Assembly (NCBI GenBank): GCA_903881665.1
Contig: CAIRUC010000025.1
Coordinates: 1,080-65,079, forward strand
Reading direction: 5' to 3'
DNA length: 64,000 nt
Origin: an uncultured Bacteroidota bacterium
GTDB lineage: Bacteria > Bacteroidota > Bacteroidia > AKYH767-A > OLB10
Part shown: positions 28,384 through 38,694 of the stretch, one piece after another
Layout: each line of letters begins with the position of its first letter
Numbering within the stretch: position 1 is the first letter of the stretch
Program-made: the position numbers and the translations under genes
Notes under the pieces: model-generated
What the model was told of the DNA's origin: nothing
The model's database searches: none
Seen by the model: only the letters and a program-made list of their open reading frames with translations

Positions 28384-29007
28384 ATGGAGAGCTCAATTTA
28401 CCCCCAATGTAGAATATTAGAAGGCGCCCAAAAGCTATTTAGCCGATTTGGGTTGAAGAGCGTTACCATGGACGATATCGCTAGGGATCTTGGCGTTTCA
28501 AAGAAAACCATTTATCAACTTTATGCCGATAAAAACGAATTGGTAAAGGCCTATATCGGCAAAGAGCGAGAAGAGCACACCAAAATTATTGAAGAGATTG
28601 GAAAGAATGCTAAAAATGCAATTGAAGAAATCATATTAACGATGCAATTCATGAGCAAAACATTTAACCGAATTAATCCAAATTTGTTTTATGATATGCA
28701 GAAATACCACCCTGAATCGTGGGCAATATTCCGTGAATTTAAAGAGAAATTCCTAACGAAAGTAGTAATACAAAATATCGAAAAAGGAAAATCAGAAGGG
28801 CTATATCGCGCTGACATCAACACTAAAATTATGGCACAATTCAGACTTGAACAAGTTGATATGGCGATGAATCCTTCTGTTTTTCCTGCCGATAAATACA
28901 ATCACTCAGAAGTACAAATGCAATTACTCGACCACTTCATGCATGGCATTTGCACTTTAAAAGGTCATAAGTTAATTAACAAATATAAACAGATCGAAGA
29001 AGAATAA
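28384..29007 (+). CDS. TetR/AcrR family transcriptional regulator
   Basis: The N-terminal HTH reads ILEGAQKLFSRFGLKSVTMDDIARDLGVSKKTIYQLYADKNELV. It is positioned directly upstream of an efflux operon. Confidence 0.85.
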   Translation: MESSIYPQCRILEGAQKLFSRFGLKSVTMDDIARDLGVSKKTIYQLYADKNELVKAYIGKEREEHTKIIEEIGKNAKNAIEEIILTMQFMSKTFNRINPNLFYDMQKYHPESWAIFREFKEKFLTKVVIQNIEKGKSEGLYRADINTKIMAQFRLEQVDMAMNPSVFPADKYNHSEVQMQLLDHFMHGICTLKGHKLINKYKQIEEE

Positions 29008-29141
29008 TTTTTGATTCATAAATAACGTAAACGAATAAAGAAAATTATTCATTTAATATAGCATTGTAGATTCAAAATATTTGAAGTATCACAGTAAAGA
29101 ATAAAACAGAAATTCACATACTAAACATCATCATAACAATT

Positions 29142-30476
29142 ATGAAAAAAGTCCTGACACTTAGTTTCTTCCTGCTATCAGTAATGATTATGCAGGCACA
29201 GGATTCAAACAACTCATTTACCCTGAAGCAGGCAGTAGATTATGCACTAACTAATCAGCAAAACGTAAAAAATGCTTTGCTCGATGAAAAAATTGCTCAA
29301 CGTAAAGTAGATGAATTAATCGGCGTAGGAACTCCGCAAATTACAGGAAGTGCCGATTTCAATAAATTTATTGAACTACCTACTTCTTTCATTCCTGGTG
29401 AATTTTTCGGTGGTAAATCAGGCGAATACCTTGGTGTTAAATTCGGGCAACCTTATACATCGAGTGCAGGCATTTCAGCCTCTCAACTTTTATTCGACGG
29501 TTCGTATATGGTAGGATTGCAAGCCACTCGCACTTACCGTGAATTAAGTAAAAAAGCTACAGCGCAAACAAAAACAGAAACAGCAGTAAATGTAAGTAAA
29601 GCCTATTATGGTGCTTTAGTTTCTGATGCTCGACTTGAAATTATTCAAGCCAATATTGATCGTGTAACTAAATTATATAGCGACACAAAAGCATTAAATC
29701 AAAATGGATTAGTCGAAAAAATTGATGTTGATCGTATTGAACTTTCATTAAACAACTTAAAAGTGGAGAAAGAAAAAATTACGCGCTTCAAAGATTTGAG
29801 CTATGCGTTATTGAAATTCCAAATGGGATTTGATCCACACCAACTTATCAACTTAGCTGACAAACTCGACGAATCAGTACTTCAAAATGTTGTAATGACC
29901 GATTCAGTAGATGCCAACAAGCGACCTGAGTTTGCCTTGGCCACAATTCAACGTAAGTTACAAGAACTCGACTTGAAAAGATACAAGTCAACTTATTATC
30001 CAAGTTTAATTGCATTTGGATCAGCTAGCTATAATGCATCCCGTAATGAATTTAATTTTTTTGATACACAATACAAATGGTACCCCACTGTAGTTGCCGG
30101 TTTAAAACTATCTATTCCGATTTGGGACGGTTTGCAGAAACAAGCCAAAATCTCGCAAGCTAGTTTAGCTCTTGAAAAAGTGAATAACTCCATTTCTCTA
30201 TTAAAAAACAGTTTTGCGTTAGAATACGAATCAGCTAAAAGCAATTACGAAAACAGCTTGTCGTCATTGAAAACCGTAAAGAAAAATCAAGAATTAGCGG
30301 CTGAAATATCGAGAGTATCGAAAATAAAATACGATAACGGAGTAGGTTCTTCTCTTGAATTAGTTGATGCCGAAAGTTCAGTAAAAGAAGCAGATGCTAA
30401 CTATTTTAATACCCTTTATGATGCTATCATTTCTATAATAGAATTGCAAAAAACCTTAGGCACAACGGGCTACTAA
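29142..30476 (+). CDS. TolC-family outer-membrane efflux protein
   Basis: It has a signal peptide and a duplicated coiled-coil/OEP repeat architecture (LTLKQAVDYALTNQQNVKNA...). It is the first gene of a TolC-MFP-RND set. Confidence 0.85.
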   Translation: MKKVLTLSFFLLSVMIMQAQDSNNSFTLKQAVDYALTNQQNVKNALLDEKIAQRKVDELIGVGTPQITGSADFNKFIELPTSFIPGEFFGGKSGEYLGVKFGQPYTSSAGISASQLLFDGSYMVGLQATRTYRELSKKATAQTKTETAVNVSKAYYGALVSDARLEIIQANIDRVTKLYSDTKALNQNGLVEKIDVDRIELSLNNLKVEKEKITRFKDLSYALLKFQMGFDPHQLINLADKLDESVLQNVVMTDSVDANKRPEFALATIQRKLQELDLKRYKSTYYPSLIAFGSASYNASRNEFNFFDTQYKWYPTVVAGLKLSIPIWDGLQKQAKISQASLALEKVNNSISLLKNSFALEYESAKSNYENSLSSLKTVKKNQELAAEISRVSKIKYDNGVGSSLELVDAESSVKEADANYFNTLYDAIISIIELQKTLGTTGY

Positions 30477-30511
30477 TACTTTATCCAATAACAATCACTT
30501 ATATTACACAT

Positions 30512-31618
30512 ATGAAGAATTTTGCATATATTTTGCTAACACTAGCATTTTTGTCGTCGTGCTCTTCTGACGAGTTAACGAAAAAAAAATCGGAGCTTGC
30601 AAGTTTAAAATCGCAAGAATCAGAAATCAAATCAAAAATTTCTACACTTGAAAAAGATATCGTTAAACTTAGTGGTTTAAAAACAACCGCTCCGCATGAA
30701 GTAACGATAACCAATATGGCTTCTTCAACTTTCAATCATTTTATTGAAGTTCAAGCTCACGTAGATGGTGACGAAAACATCTCTGTAAGTGCAGAAGTGC
30801 CAGGAACAATAAATAAAATAAATGTTAAAGTAGGCGACCAAGTAACGAAAGGAAGTGTATTAGCGGAACTCGAAAATCAAACCTATATTAAGTCTTTAGA
30901 TGAATTACAAAATGCTCGCGACTTTGCAAACACGCTTTATCTTAAACAAAAATCGCTTTGGGATCAAAAGATAGGAACCGAGGTTCAATTTTTACAAGCT
31001 AAGAATTCTCTTGAATCAATCGATCGGAAAATTTCAACTGTTCGAGAACAAATTTTAATGACAAAAATCAAAGCTCCGATAACAGGTACTGTTGATGCAA
31101 TGGAATTAAAAAAAGGACAAATGTTTGCGCCAGGAATGCCAGGAATACGCGTAGTGAACCTCGACGAACTAAAGATAAAAGCAGAAGTTGCGGAAGCATA
31201 CATCTCTAAAGTAAAAAAGGGCGACGACGTTGAAATAAATTTCCCTGACATGGAACAAAGCATCAAAGCAAAAATCACTTATTCAGGAAAAGTAATTGAT
31301 CCGTTAAATAGAACTTTTAATGTGGAAATCATAATAACACAAAAAAGTATTGAATTACACCCTAACATGGTTGCCATTATTAAAATTGCAGATTATGTAG
31401 CCAAGGATGCATTTATTTTACCAGCAAGTGTTGTGCAAACAACTCCTGAAGGAAGTTATGTATTTGTTTCAGATGGAAAATTTGCTAAAAAGAAAGTAGT
31501 TTCTATAGGTAAAAACTACAAAGGCCAAGTTGAAATAACCGAAGGTTTATCGGCAGGTGATCCTGTAATTACAATGGGCTACCAAGATTTAGTTGATGGC
31601 CAACCAATCAAACAATAA
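30512..31618 (+). CDS. efflux RND transporter periplasmic adaptor (membrane fusion protein, HlyD/AcrA family)
   Basis: It has a lipoprotein-like signal (LAFLSSCSS), a coiled-coil hairpin, a lipoyl/barrel-sandwich motif (GTINKINVKVGDQVTKGSVLAELE...IKAPITGTV) and a C-terminal beta-barrel. Confidence 0.85.
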   Translation: MKNFAYILLTLAFLSSCSSDELTKKKSELASLKSQESEIKSKISTLEKDIVKLSGLKTTAPHEVTITNMASSTFNHFIEVQAHVDGDENISVSAEVPGTINKINVKVGDQVTKGSVLAELENQTYIKSLDELQNARDFANTLYLKQKSLWDQKIGTEVQFLQAKNSLESIDRKISTVREQILMTKIKAPITGTVDAMELKKGQMFAPGMPGIRVVNLDELKIKAEVAEAYISKVKKGDDVEINFPDMEQSIKAKITYSGKVIDPLNRTFNVEIIITQKSIELHPNMVAIIKIADYVAKDAFILPASVVQTTPEGSYVFVSDGKFAKKKVVSIGKNYKGQVEITEGLSAGDPVITMGYQDLVDGQPIKQ

Positions 31619-31653
31619 TCAATATTTTTTTTACTTACTAAACGCTCACGTCA

Positions 31654-34600
31654 ATGAAAGACGTCTTCAAAGAATTTAAACCCAGCAGTTGGGCTATTAA
31701 TAATAAAACCACCATTTATATATTAACGGTGATTATTACTTTAGCAGGTATTGCAACATATAATAGTCTTCCGAAAGAGAACTTCCCCGATATTACCTTA
31801 CCGCAAATTTTTGTAAGCGTAGTATATCCAGGAACCTCTCCGGCCGATATGGAAAACCTGATAACAAAGCCCATTGAAAAACAAATCAAAGGTATATCAG
31901 GAGTAAAAAAGGTGAAAAGCAATTCGGTTCAAGATTTTACGAGCATCATTATAGAATTTAACACCGATGTAGATGTTGCTACCGCTAAGCAGAAAGTAAA
32001 AGATGCTGTTGACAAAGCGAGAACGGATTTACCAAATGATTTAGATCGCGATCCAGCTGTTACAGATATTAATTTCAGTGAAATTCCGATTTTATTCGTT
32101 AATATCTCTGGAGACATTGAGTTAAATAAACTCAAAAAATACGCCGACGATATTAAAGATAAAATCGAAGGAATGAAAGAAATTACCCGCGTAGATATGG
32201 TAGGTGCACTCGATCGTGAGATTCAAATTAACGTTGACATGTACAAAATGCAAGCAGCGAAAATCACGATGAATGATATTGCCAATGCAGTGAAATATGA
32301 AAATATGACCATTTCTGGAGGAACTGTTTCTGAAGATGGGATCAAACGTGTATTGTCAGTAAAAGGTGAGTTCAAAGATGTAGAGCAAGTAAAGAATATT
32401 GTTATTGGTGCTACCGGTGGCGCTCATGTTTATTTAAAAGATATTGCAGATATTAAAGATGCATTCAAAGAACAAGAGAGCTTTGCACGTCTAGATGGCA
32501 AGAATGTAATTACCCTCAATATAGTAAAACGTTCTGGATACAATCTCATCGACGCTACAGATAATATTAAAAAAACGGTAGATGAAATGCATGATACGCA
32601 ATTGCCTGCCAACCTTAAAATCACATTAACTGGCGACCAAAGTGATGCAACACGTACTACATTACATGATTTGATTAATACTATCATTATCGGTTTCATT
32701 CTTGTATTAATTATCTTAATGTTCTTTATGGGAACTACGAATGCTTTCTTCGTAGCGATGAGTGTTCCGTTATCAATGTTTGTAGCGTTTCTCTTTATGC
32801 CAGTGTTAGGATTTACAATGAACATGATTGTATTATTTTCGTTCCTTCTTGCACTTGGAATTGTAGTTGACGATGCTATCGTTGTAATTGAAAATACACA
32901 TCGTATTTTCGAAAATGGCAAGCGACCCATAAAAGAAGCAGCTAAAATGGCGGCCGGAGAAGTATTCCTTCCTGTTCTTAGCGGCACCCTTACCACCCTT
33001 GCTCCTTTCGTTCCGCTCGCCTTCTGGAAAGGCGTTATTGGGGAGTTTATGTTTTATCTTCCAATTACATTAATCGTAACATTAACAGCATCCTTAATAG
33101 TTGCCTATATTATTAATCCAGTGTTTGCTGTTGGCTTTATGAAACCTCATCATGATGATGAACATACTAAACCTACTGTAACGAAAGGATTGAAGATATC
33201 CTCCATACTATTTGCAGCAGTGGGTACCATCTTTCATTTTGCAGGATCACACGCGATAGGAAATTTTTCTTACCTCATTATTATTTTTAGCTACCTGAAT
33301 CATTTCTTTATTCAAAAAATTATTTGGAAGTTCCAAAATCATTCATGGCCGAAATTTAAAATATGGTATGGTAAAAAACTAGATTGGTGCTTACAACATA
33401 CGCGAACTTTGTTAGTAGCCACTATTATAGTTTTTATCGGTTCTTTCATGGCATTCAAAGCTAGAGCTCCTAAAATGGAATTCTTCCCAAGTGCCGATCC
33501 GAACTTTATTTATGCATATATCAAACTACCTGTAGGAACCGATCAGCTTTACACCGATTCAGTAACTCGAATAGTTGAACAACGTGTGATGCAAACTTTA
33601 GGGAAGGATAATAAAATTGTTACTTCCGTAATTTCTAACGTGGCAGTAGGAACAAACGATGCTAATGAATTTGATCCTTCTGTTCAGTCTAACAAAGGAA
33701 AGATCACCATCGCATTCAAAAAATTCTCTGAACGTAACGGAGAATCTTCTGCCAAATACCTCGACAAAATTCGTAATGCTGTTAAAGGAGTTCCTGGAGC
33801 TGAGATTACTGTTGATCAAGAAAAAGGCGGACCTCCAGTTGGTAAACCTATTAATATCGAAATTAGGGGTGATAAGTTTGAAGATTTAGTGGCTACAACT
33901 GCTCGATTGCAACGCTATCTTGATTCATTAAATATTCCTGGAGTAGAACAATTAAAAAGCGACTTCGATGCAAGCAAACCTGAAATCGTATTTAATATCA
34001 ACCGCGAACGTGCAAATCGTGAAGGCATTAGTACTGGACAAATCGGAATGGAAATTCGGAATGCCGTTTTCGGAAATGAAGTTTCTAAATTTAGAGATGA
34101 TAATGATGAATATCCTATTCAATTGCGTTATGCTTATAACCAACGTATTGATGTGGATGCATTAAACAATTTAAAAATTACGTATCGCGATATGAATAAA
34201 GGTGGAGTTGTTCGCCAAGTGCCATTATCTTCTTTCTGTGACATCTCCTACGCTACTACTTACGGTGGTATTAAGCGTATTAATCAGAAACGTGTAATTA
34301 CATTAAGTTCGAACGTTCTTCGCGATTACGATATGCAAGGAGTTGTAACCAACGTGCAAAATGAAATCAAAAACTTTCAAAGCCCCAATGGGGTTGAAGT
34401 AGCTTTAACCGGACAACAAGAAGAGCAAATGGAAACATTTATCTTTCTTATAACAGCATTGATGGTTTCGTTCGGATTGATCTTCTTAATTCTTGTAACA
34501 CAATTCAACTCGCTAAGCAAATCTCTAATTATTCTAGTGGAAATTTTCTTTAGCTTAATTGGAGTTTTCCTAGGATATGCCATCACTGGAATGACTATTA

Positions 34601-35022
34601 GTACGGTTATGATGGGAATCGGTATTGTAGCATTGGCCGGTATTGTAGTTCGTAACGGGATTCTCTTAGTAGAGTTCACAGATCTTTTACGTGAACAAGG
34701 TATTGAAACGTACGAAGCTATATTAGAAGCTGGAAGAACTAGAATGACTCCTGTATTATTGACGGCATGTGCTACCATTTCAGGGCTTTTCCCTTTAGCG
34801 GTAGGATTAAATATCGACTTCAACGAACTATTGACAACAGGAAATCCTCATATTTTCTTTGGAGGTGACAGTGTTGCATTCTGGGGACCATTATCATGGA
34901 CAATGATTTTCGGATTGAGTTTTGCCACATTCTTAACATTAATCCTTGTTCCAGTAATGTATTTAACAATTGAGAAACTAAAATCACGATTTAATCGTTT
35001 GATAGAGAGATTTGGTGCATAA
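31654..35022 (+). CDS. RND efflux permease (AcrB/AcrD/AcrF family)
   Basis: It is 1122 aa with 12-TM RND topology. Conserved stretches include FPDITLPQIFVSVVYPGTSP, LLALGIVVDDAIVVIEN and GIVVRNGILLVEF. Confidence 0.9.
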   Translation: MKDVFKEFKPSSWAINNKTTIYILTVIITLAGIATYNSLPKENFPDITLPQIFVSVVYPGTSPADMENLITKPIEKQIKGISGVKKVKSNSVQDFTSIIIEFNTDVDVATAKQKVKDAVDKARTDLPNDLDRDPAVTDINFSEIPILFVNISGDIELNKLKKYADDIKDKIEGMKEITRVDMVGALDREIQINVDMYKMQAAKITMNDIANAVKYENMTISGGTVSEDGIKRVLSVKGEFKDVEQVKNIVIGATGGAHVYLKDIADIKDAFKEQESFARLDGKNVITLNIVKRSGYNLIDATDNIKKTVDEMHDTQLPANLKITLTGDQSDATRTTLHDLINTIIIGFILVLIILMFFMGTTNAFFVAMSVPLSMFVAFLFMPVLGFTMNMIVLFSFLLALGIVVDDAIVVIENTHRIFENGKRPIKEAAKMAAGEVFLPVLSGTLTTLAPFVPLAFWKGVIGEFMFYLPITLIVTLTASLIVAYIINPVFAVGFMKPHHDDEHTKPTVTKGLKISSILFAAVGTIFHFAGSHAIGNFSYLIIIFSYLNHFFIQKIIWKFQNHSWPKFKIWYGKKLDWCLQHTRTLLVATIIVFIGSFMAFKARAPKMEFFPSADPNFIYAYIKLPVGTDQLYTDSVTRIVEQRVMQTLGKDNKIVTSVISNVAVGTNDANEFDPSVQSNKGKITIAFKKFSERNGESSAKYLDKIRNAVKGVPGAEITVDQEKGGPPVGKPINIEIRGDKFEDLVATTARLQRYLDSLNIPGVEQLKSDFDASKPEIVFNINRERANREGISTGQIGMEIRNAVFGNEVSKFRDDNDEYPIQLRYAYNQRIDVDALNNLKITYRDMNKGGVVRQVPLSSFCDISYATTYGGIKRINQKRVITLSSNVLRDYDMQGVVTNVQNEIKNFQSPNGVEVALTGQQEEQMETFIFLITALMVSFGLIFLILVTQFNSLSKSLIILVEIFFSLIGVFLGYAITGMTISTVMMGIGIVALAGIVVRNGILLVEFTDLLREQGIETYEAILEAGRTRMTPVLLTACATISGLFPLAVGLNIDFNELLTTGNPHIFFGGDSVAFWGPLSWTMIFGLSFATFLTLILVPVMYLTIEKLKSRFNRLIERFGA

Positions 35023-35070
35023 TTAAAAATTATGCTCAAATGATTTAATGCAAGTAGGTTGTGTTAGGTA

Positions 35071-35114
35071 GCAGAAAGGCTTCGCGGGAAACAGCGAGGC
35101 CTTCTGCGTTTTTA
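35071..35114 (+). terminator. rho-independent terminator after the RND operon
   Basis: GCAGAAAGGCTTCGCG pairs imperfectly but over a long, GC-rich stem with CGCGAGGCCTTCTGC. The stem is followed by GTTTTT. Confidence 0.6.
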
Positions 35115-35185
35115 ATTGATATTAAAATGTAAACACTTAATAAATGACACATCTCATTATTTGAATTTATATGCAATGCTGTATG

Positions 35186-35193
35186 TAATTTTG
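35186..35193 (+). promoter_or_regulatory. candidate -7 promoter box (TAATTTTG) only 4 nt upstream of the ATG
   Basis: It matches TAnnTTTG perfectly. A TTTG lies 22 nt upstream (35160-35163). The geometry implies a leaderless or nearly leaderless mRNA. Confidence 0.3.
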
Positions 35194-35197
35194 TTTC

Positions 35198-36454
35198 ATG
35201 TCAACACATAAATTTAAACCGGAAAGTTTGATGATGTCGTATGGCTTCAAGCCGGCCTTATCGGAAGGAGCTATTAAATCACCCATATTCCAAACCTCCA
35301 CATTTGTTTTCAAAAGTGCCGAAGAGGGAAAAGCTTTTTTTGAAGTTGCGTACGGACTTCGAGAAAAAAGAAAAGGCGAAAAACTAGGACTTATTTACAG
35401 TCGTATAAATAATCCGGATTTAGAAATCCTAGAAAACCGACTTACCCTATGGGATGAAGCCGAAGAGGCGGCTGTATTTGAGAGTGGAATGGCGGCAATT
35501 TCTACTGTTTTTCTTGAGTTCTTGAAGCCGGGAGATTTATTGTTATTTAGTACACCACTTTATGGAGGAACTGATCATTTTATTCATGACTTCTTACACA
35601 AAATCGGAATTCATACCGTCGCTTTTAAGCCCGGGCAAAATGAAGCTGAAATCCGTAATATCATTAACAAAACTGGCAATGCCGATAAGCTATCTATGAT
35701 TTTTATTGAAACGCCGGCAAACCCTACAAGCGCATTAATTGATATTGCGCTTTGTAAAAAAATTGCCAACGATTACAGCAAAGTAAACAAAGTATTGGTA
35801 GCAGTGGATAATACATACATGGGTCCATTATGGCAACATCCTTTAAAGCACGGAGCTGATTTTTCTTTGTATTCGGCAACGAAATATATTGGAGGACATA
35901 GCGATGTAATTGCGGGTGCGTGTTGCGGAAGCAAAGATGTAATTACTCGCGTAAAAACATTACGAACATTTTTGGGTAACATGGCTGCCCCTCATACAGG
36001 ATGGCTTTTAATGCGAAGTTTAGAAACATTGAAAGTGCGCATGGAACAACAAGCATTAAACGGAGTAAAAGTTGCTGAATTTTTAAATGCACATCCGAAA
36101 GTAGAAAAAGTTTACTACCTCGGATTAATTCCTGAAGGAACTGAAGAATATATCATTTATAAAAAGCAATATAGTTCGCCTGGTGCTATGGTATCTTTTG
36201 ATATTAAAGGCGGTGAAGCGCAAGCCTTTTGTTTACTGAATTCACTTAAGCTAATAAAGTTGGCCGTAAGTTTGGGAGGAACCGAATCGCTAGCCGAACA
36301 CCCTGCAACCATGACGCATGCTGGAGTTGATCCGCATCACAGAGAAGAAATGCGTATAACTGAAAAGCTAATACGATTATCAATAGGAGTAGAAAACTAC
36401 AAAGATATCATATGGGATTTAGAGCAAGCATTGCAACAAGTTGTCTCTTCCTGA
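35198..36454 (+). CDS. Cys/Met-metabolism PLP-dependent enzyme (methionine gamma-lyase / cystathionine gamma-synthase family)
   Basis: The PLP-lysine context is YSATKYIGGHSDVIAG. It also has ...SPIFQTSTFVF... and ...YSRINNPD..., which are typical of this fold-type I family. Confidence 0.8.
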   Translation: MSTHKFKPESLMMSYGFKPALSEGAIKSPIFQTSTFVFKSAEEGKAFFEVAYGLREKRKGEKLGLIYSRINNPDLEILENRLTLWDEAEEAAVFESGMAAISTVFLEFLKPGDLLLFSTPLYGGTDHFIHDFLHKIGIHTVAFKPGQNEAEIRNIINKTGNADKLSMIFIETPANPTSALIDIALCKKIANDYSKVNKVLVAVDNTYMGPLWQHPLKHGADFSLYSATKYIGGHSDVIAGACCGSKDVITRVKTLRTFLGNMAAPHTGWLLMRSLETLKVRMEQQALNGVKVAEFLNAHPKVEKVYYLGLIPEGTEEYIIYKKQYSSPGAMVSFDIKGGEAQAFCLLNSLKLIKLAVSLGGTESLAEHPATMTHAGVDPHHREEMRITEKLIRLSIGVENYKDIIWDLEQALQQVVSS

Positions 36455-36496
36455 AAAAAGTTGAATCGGATTAAATTCAAAAATTACATTAAATTA

Positions 36497-36529
36497 AACC
36501 TCGAAAGTAAAAACTTTCGAGGTTTTTTC
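36497..36529 (+). terminator. rho-independent terminator
   Basis: AACCTCGAAAG (36497-36507) pairs perfectly with CTTTCGAGGTT (36514-36524) over 11 bp, followed by a T run. Confidence 0.75.
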
Positions 36530-36924
36530 TTCCATTTCTTTATTGATATTTCTTATTGTAAATGAGATTGAATTGGAGTTAACATATTACAACTTAAATT
36601 TTATTCCGTATGTCCATACCGCTAGGAAATAATTTATCTTACGGCACCCTGTTTCTCATAAATTCATTTAACAGATTTAATACAATTTTTCGAACACATT
36701 ATTTTATTTATTTATTTCGGGATTGTTCTTCATGTAAACGTAGAAGGGACACTTTAAAATCATTTTTATTTCTTTTAAAGAATGATTTCTCGAAAAAGAA
36801 ACCGTGAGCCTTGGCTATTTTGGCCAATAGAATAACTATAATTGCAAATACGGAACGAAACATTACATAAAATTTGGATTATTAATGAAACTTTTTGTAA
36901 TATAGTAGTTCTAACTAAACTACA

Positions 36925-37458
36925 TTGGGATCCCGAGACCTGGAAATCGAAGCCGAACGCAAAGCGAAATTTATGTCGCTTTACGATCCGCTGCATGAGC
37001 GGCTAGTTCGCTTTGTGCAAACAACGGTCTGGGATCGAGAAGAAGCTCAGGATATTGTATCCGAAACGATCTTAGCTGCATTTGAACATTTTGACAAAGT
37101 TCGTCATCATGAAGCCTTTTTGTATTATCTGTTCACGATAGCAAAACGGAAAATAAACAGACGCTATACACAACAAAAGCGGTTATCGGGTATGTCGGAA
37201 GAAATTATTGAACGCACACCAGATACGAGTTCGGATGTACATAGGAAAATCCAGGTAAAAGAGTTGAGAAATGCTATTACAAAGCTTCCTGACAAATACA
37301 GAGAACCATTAGTATTATTTGAGTTTAGTGGATTAAGCATAAAAGAAATTGCCGGCATCACCGAACTATCGGAGAACGGCGTTAAAAGCCGATTATTAAG
37401 AGCACGTCAGCAACTATCTGAACTACTTGAAGGAACATTACATGAGCGAACTACGTGA
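36925..37458 (+). CDS. ECF-type RNA polymerase sigma-70 family factor
   Basis: Region 2 reads ERKAKFMSLYDPLHERLVRFV...DREEAQDIVSETILAAF. Region 4 HTH reads YREPLVLFEFSGLSIKEIAGITELSENGVKSRLLRARQQL. A TTG start at 36925 retains the conserved residues before FMSLY; the alternative ATG is at 36973. Confidence 0.8.
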   Translation: MGSRDLEIEAERKAKFMSLYDPLHERLVRFVQTTVWDREEAQDIVSETILAAFEHFDKVRHHEAFLYYLFTIAKRKINRRYTQQKRLSGMSEEIIERTPDTSSDVHRKIQVKELRNAITKLPDKYREPLVLFEFSGLSIKEIAGITELSENGVKSRLLRARQQLSELLEGTLHERTT

Positions 37459-38587
37459 TAACATGCCGGAGAATCACGAACCGGTGAAAGGTGAAACAGG
37501 AAATACACAACTCGATGGCCTATTTAATGAGATAGCAACTGAACCGCTGCTATTTTCTAAAGAAGAAGCTATTGAAATAATTGGTGCCGTTGCAATTGCT
37601 GACGCTACTACAACAACTATTAATCGCACGGTTGTAGTTGGAGGCGCTATTCTATTAACAGCATTAGCGGGTTGGTTATATTACCAATTCGGTAATACCG
37701 ATGCTGTACATGCCATTCCTAAAAGTAATACTGTTGAGGTTAAACCAATACAAGCAAACAACAATACAACATCAACAACCGCAACATCGGCATCCAACAT
37801 AGAAACAATTGCTACGAATAAAAATAGTAGTAATGTTCAATTATCGACTGTAACGAAAAACACTGCTATCTCAATTGAAAAAACAACTCAGTTAGCCAAT
37901 AATATAACTATTGTTGGGGCGAAAGAAGACAAAGCAGCTAAAGAGAATAGCCTATTAGCGTCTGAAAAAATCGTTACCTCAAAAGCAAGTGAATTAAAAA
38001 CGGAATACAACCAACGTAAATCAATTGTATTAGTAACGAAATCGAACAAGAAAGCAATAGGGAAATTAATTCTAAACAAATCACCTAAGCCAATAATAGG
38101 TACGTTGACTTTGCAAAAAGAAAGCGAAACCTCTTTATTCTCAAAGACAAAAGTAATTCAACGATTTTATGCCGACGGATCTGCAACAGTAGCATTTGAG
38201 TACAATAAAGAACCTGCATTATTTACAATTAACCCACGCGGAATAGAAGAGTTAACTATTAACAATAAACTCATTAAATCTGATGAATATTATTTATACG
38301 AAGAAATAGCCTCTGAGGCTTTTCGCAGAGCTAAAATTGAACCATTATCGGGACCAACACATGATGCAAAAGTTATTGGTGATATTCCTGGCATTATGAC
38401 TAATGCATTAGTTCGTCGAAATTTAATTAATGCCGACGAAAAATTTGACTTTGTTTTAACGGGAGCGAATGCCTTCCTCAACGGCAAATTACTAGACGAA
38501 AACCAGCACCTCGATCTATTGCAAGTTTATCAAAATGCGAACGGAAAATCATTGCCGAAAGAAGTTAGATTTAACGTGAAGCAATAG
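37442..38587 (+). CDS. single-pass membrane protein co-transcribed with the ECF sigma (putative non-canonical anti-sigma/partner)
   Basis: It overlaps the sigma gene's 3' end. It has a short N-terminal cytoplasmic segment, one TM helix (VVVGGAILLTALAGWLYYQF), a Thr/Asn/Ser-rich spacer and a ~200-aa C-terminal domain. No HxxxCxxC zinc anti-sigma motif is visible. The start is ambiguous (37427, 37442 or 37463). Confidence 0.5.
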   Translation: MSELRDNMPENHEPVKGETGNTQLDGLFNEIATEPLLFSKEEAIEIIGAVAIADATTTTINRTVVVGGAILLTALAGWLYYQFGNTDAVHAIPKSNTVEVKPIQANNNTTSTTATSASNIETIATNKNSSNVQLSTVTKNTAISIEKTTQLANNITIVGAKEDKAAKENSLLASEKIVTSKASELKTEYNQRKSIVLVTKSNKKAIGKLILNKSPKPIIGTLTLQKESETSLFSKTKVIQRFYADGSATVAFEYNKEPALFTINPRGIEELTINNKLIKSDEYYLYEEIASEAFRRAKIEPLSGPTHDAKVIGDIPGIMTNALVRRNLINADEKFDFVLTGANAFLNGKLLDENQHLDLLQVYQNANGKSLPKEVRFNVKQ

Positions 38588-38663
38588 ACAATATTAATTA
38601 ATTATTTTAACTGATGATTTAGTATTGAAAGAAAATGAGTTACGTATAGAAACAAAAACTGAA

Positions 38664-38694
38664 AGAGCGGCGACAATGTCACTGCTCTTTTTTA
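38664..38694 (+). terminator. rho-independent terminator after the sigma/partner operon
   Basis: AGAGCGG (38664-38670) pairs with CTGCTCT (38682-38688), followed by a T6 run. Confidence 0.5.

Noticed and set aside
32430-32996. 188-aa ORF antisense to the RND permease gene (and a similar one at 34377-34823)
   Set aside because: Both are fully embedded opposite a strongly recognisable AcrB-family gene. The translations are low-complexity with no motifs, as expected from a stop-poor antisense frame.
36610-36996. Two short ORFs (65 aa and 73 aa) upstream of the ECF sigma gene
   Set aside because: They overlap each other on opposite strands in AT-rich spacer and have no motifs.
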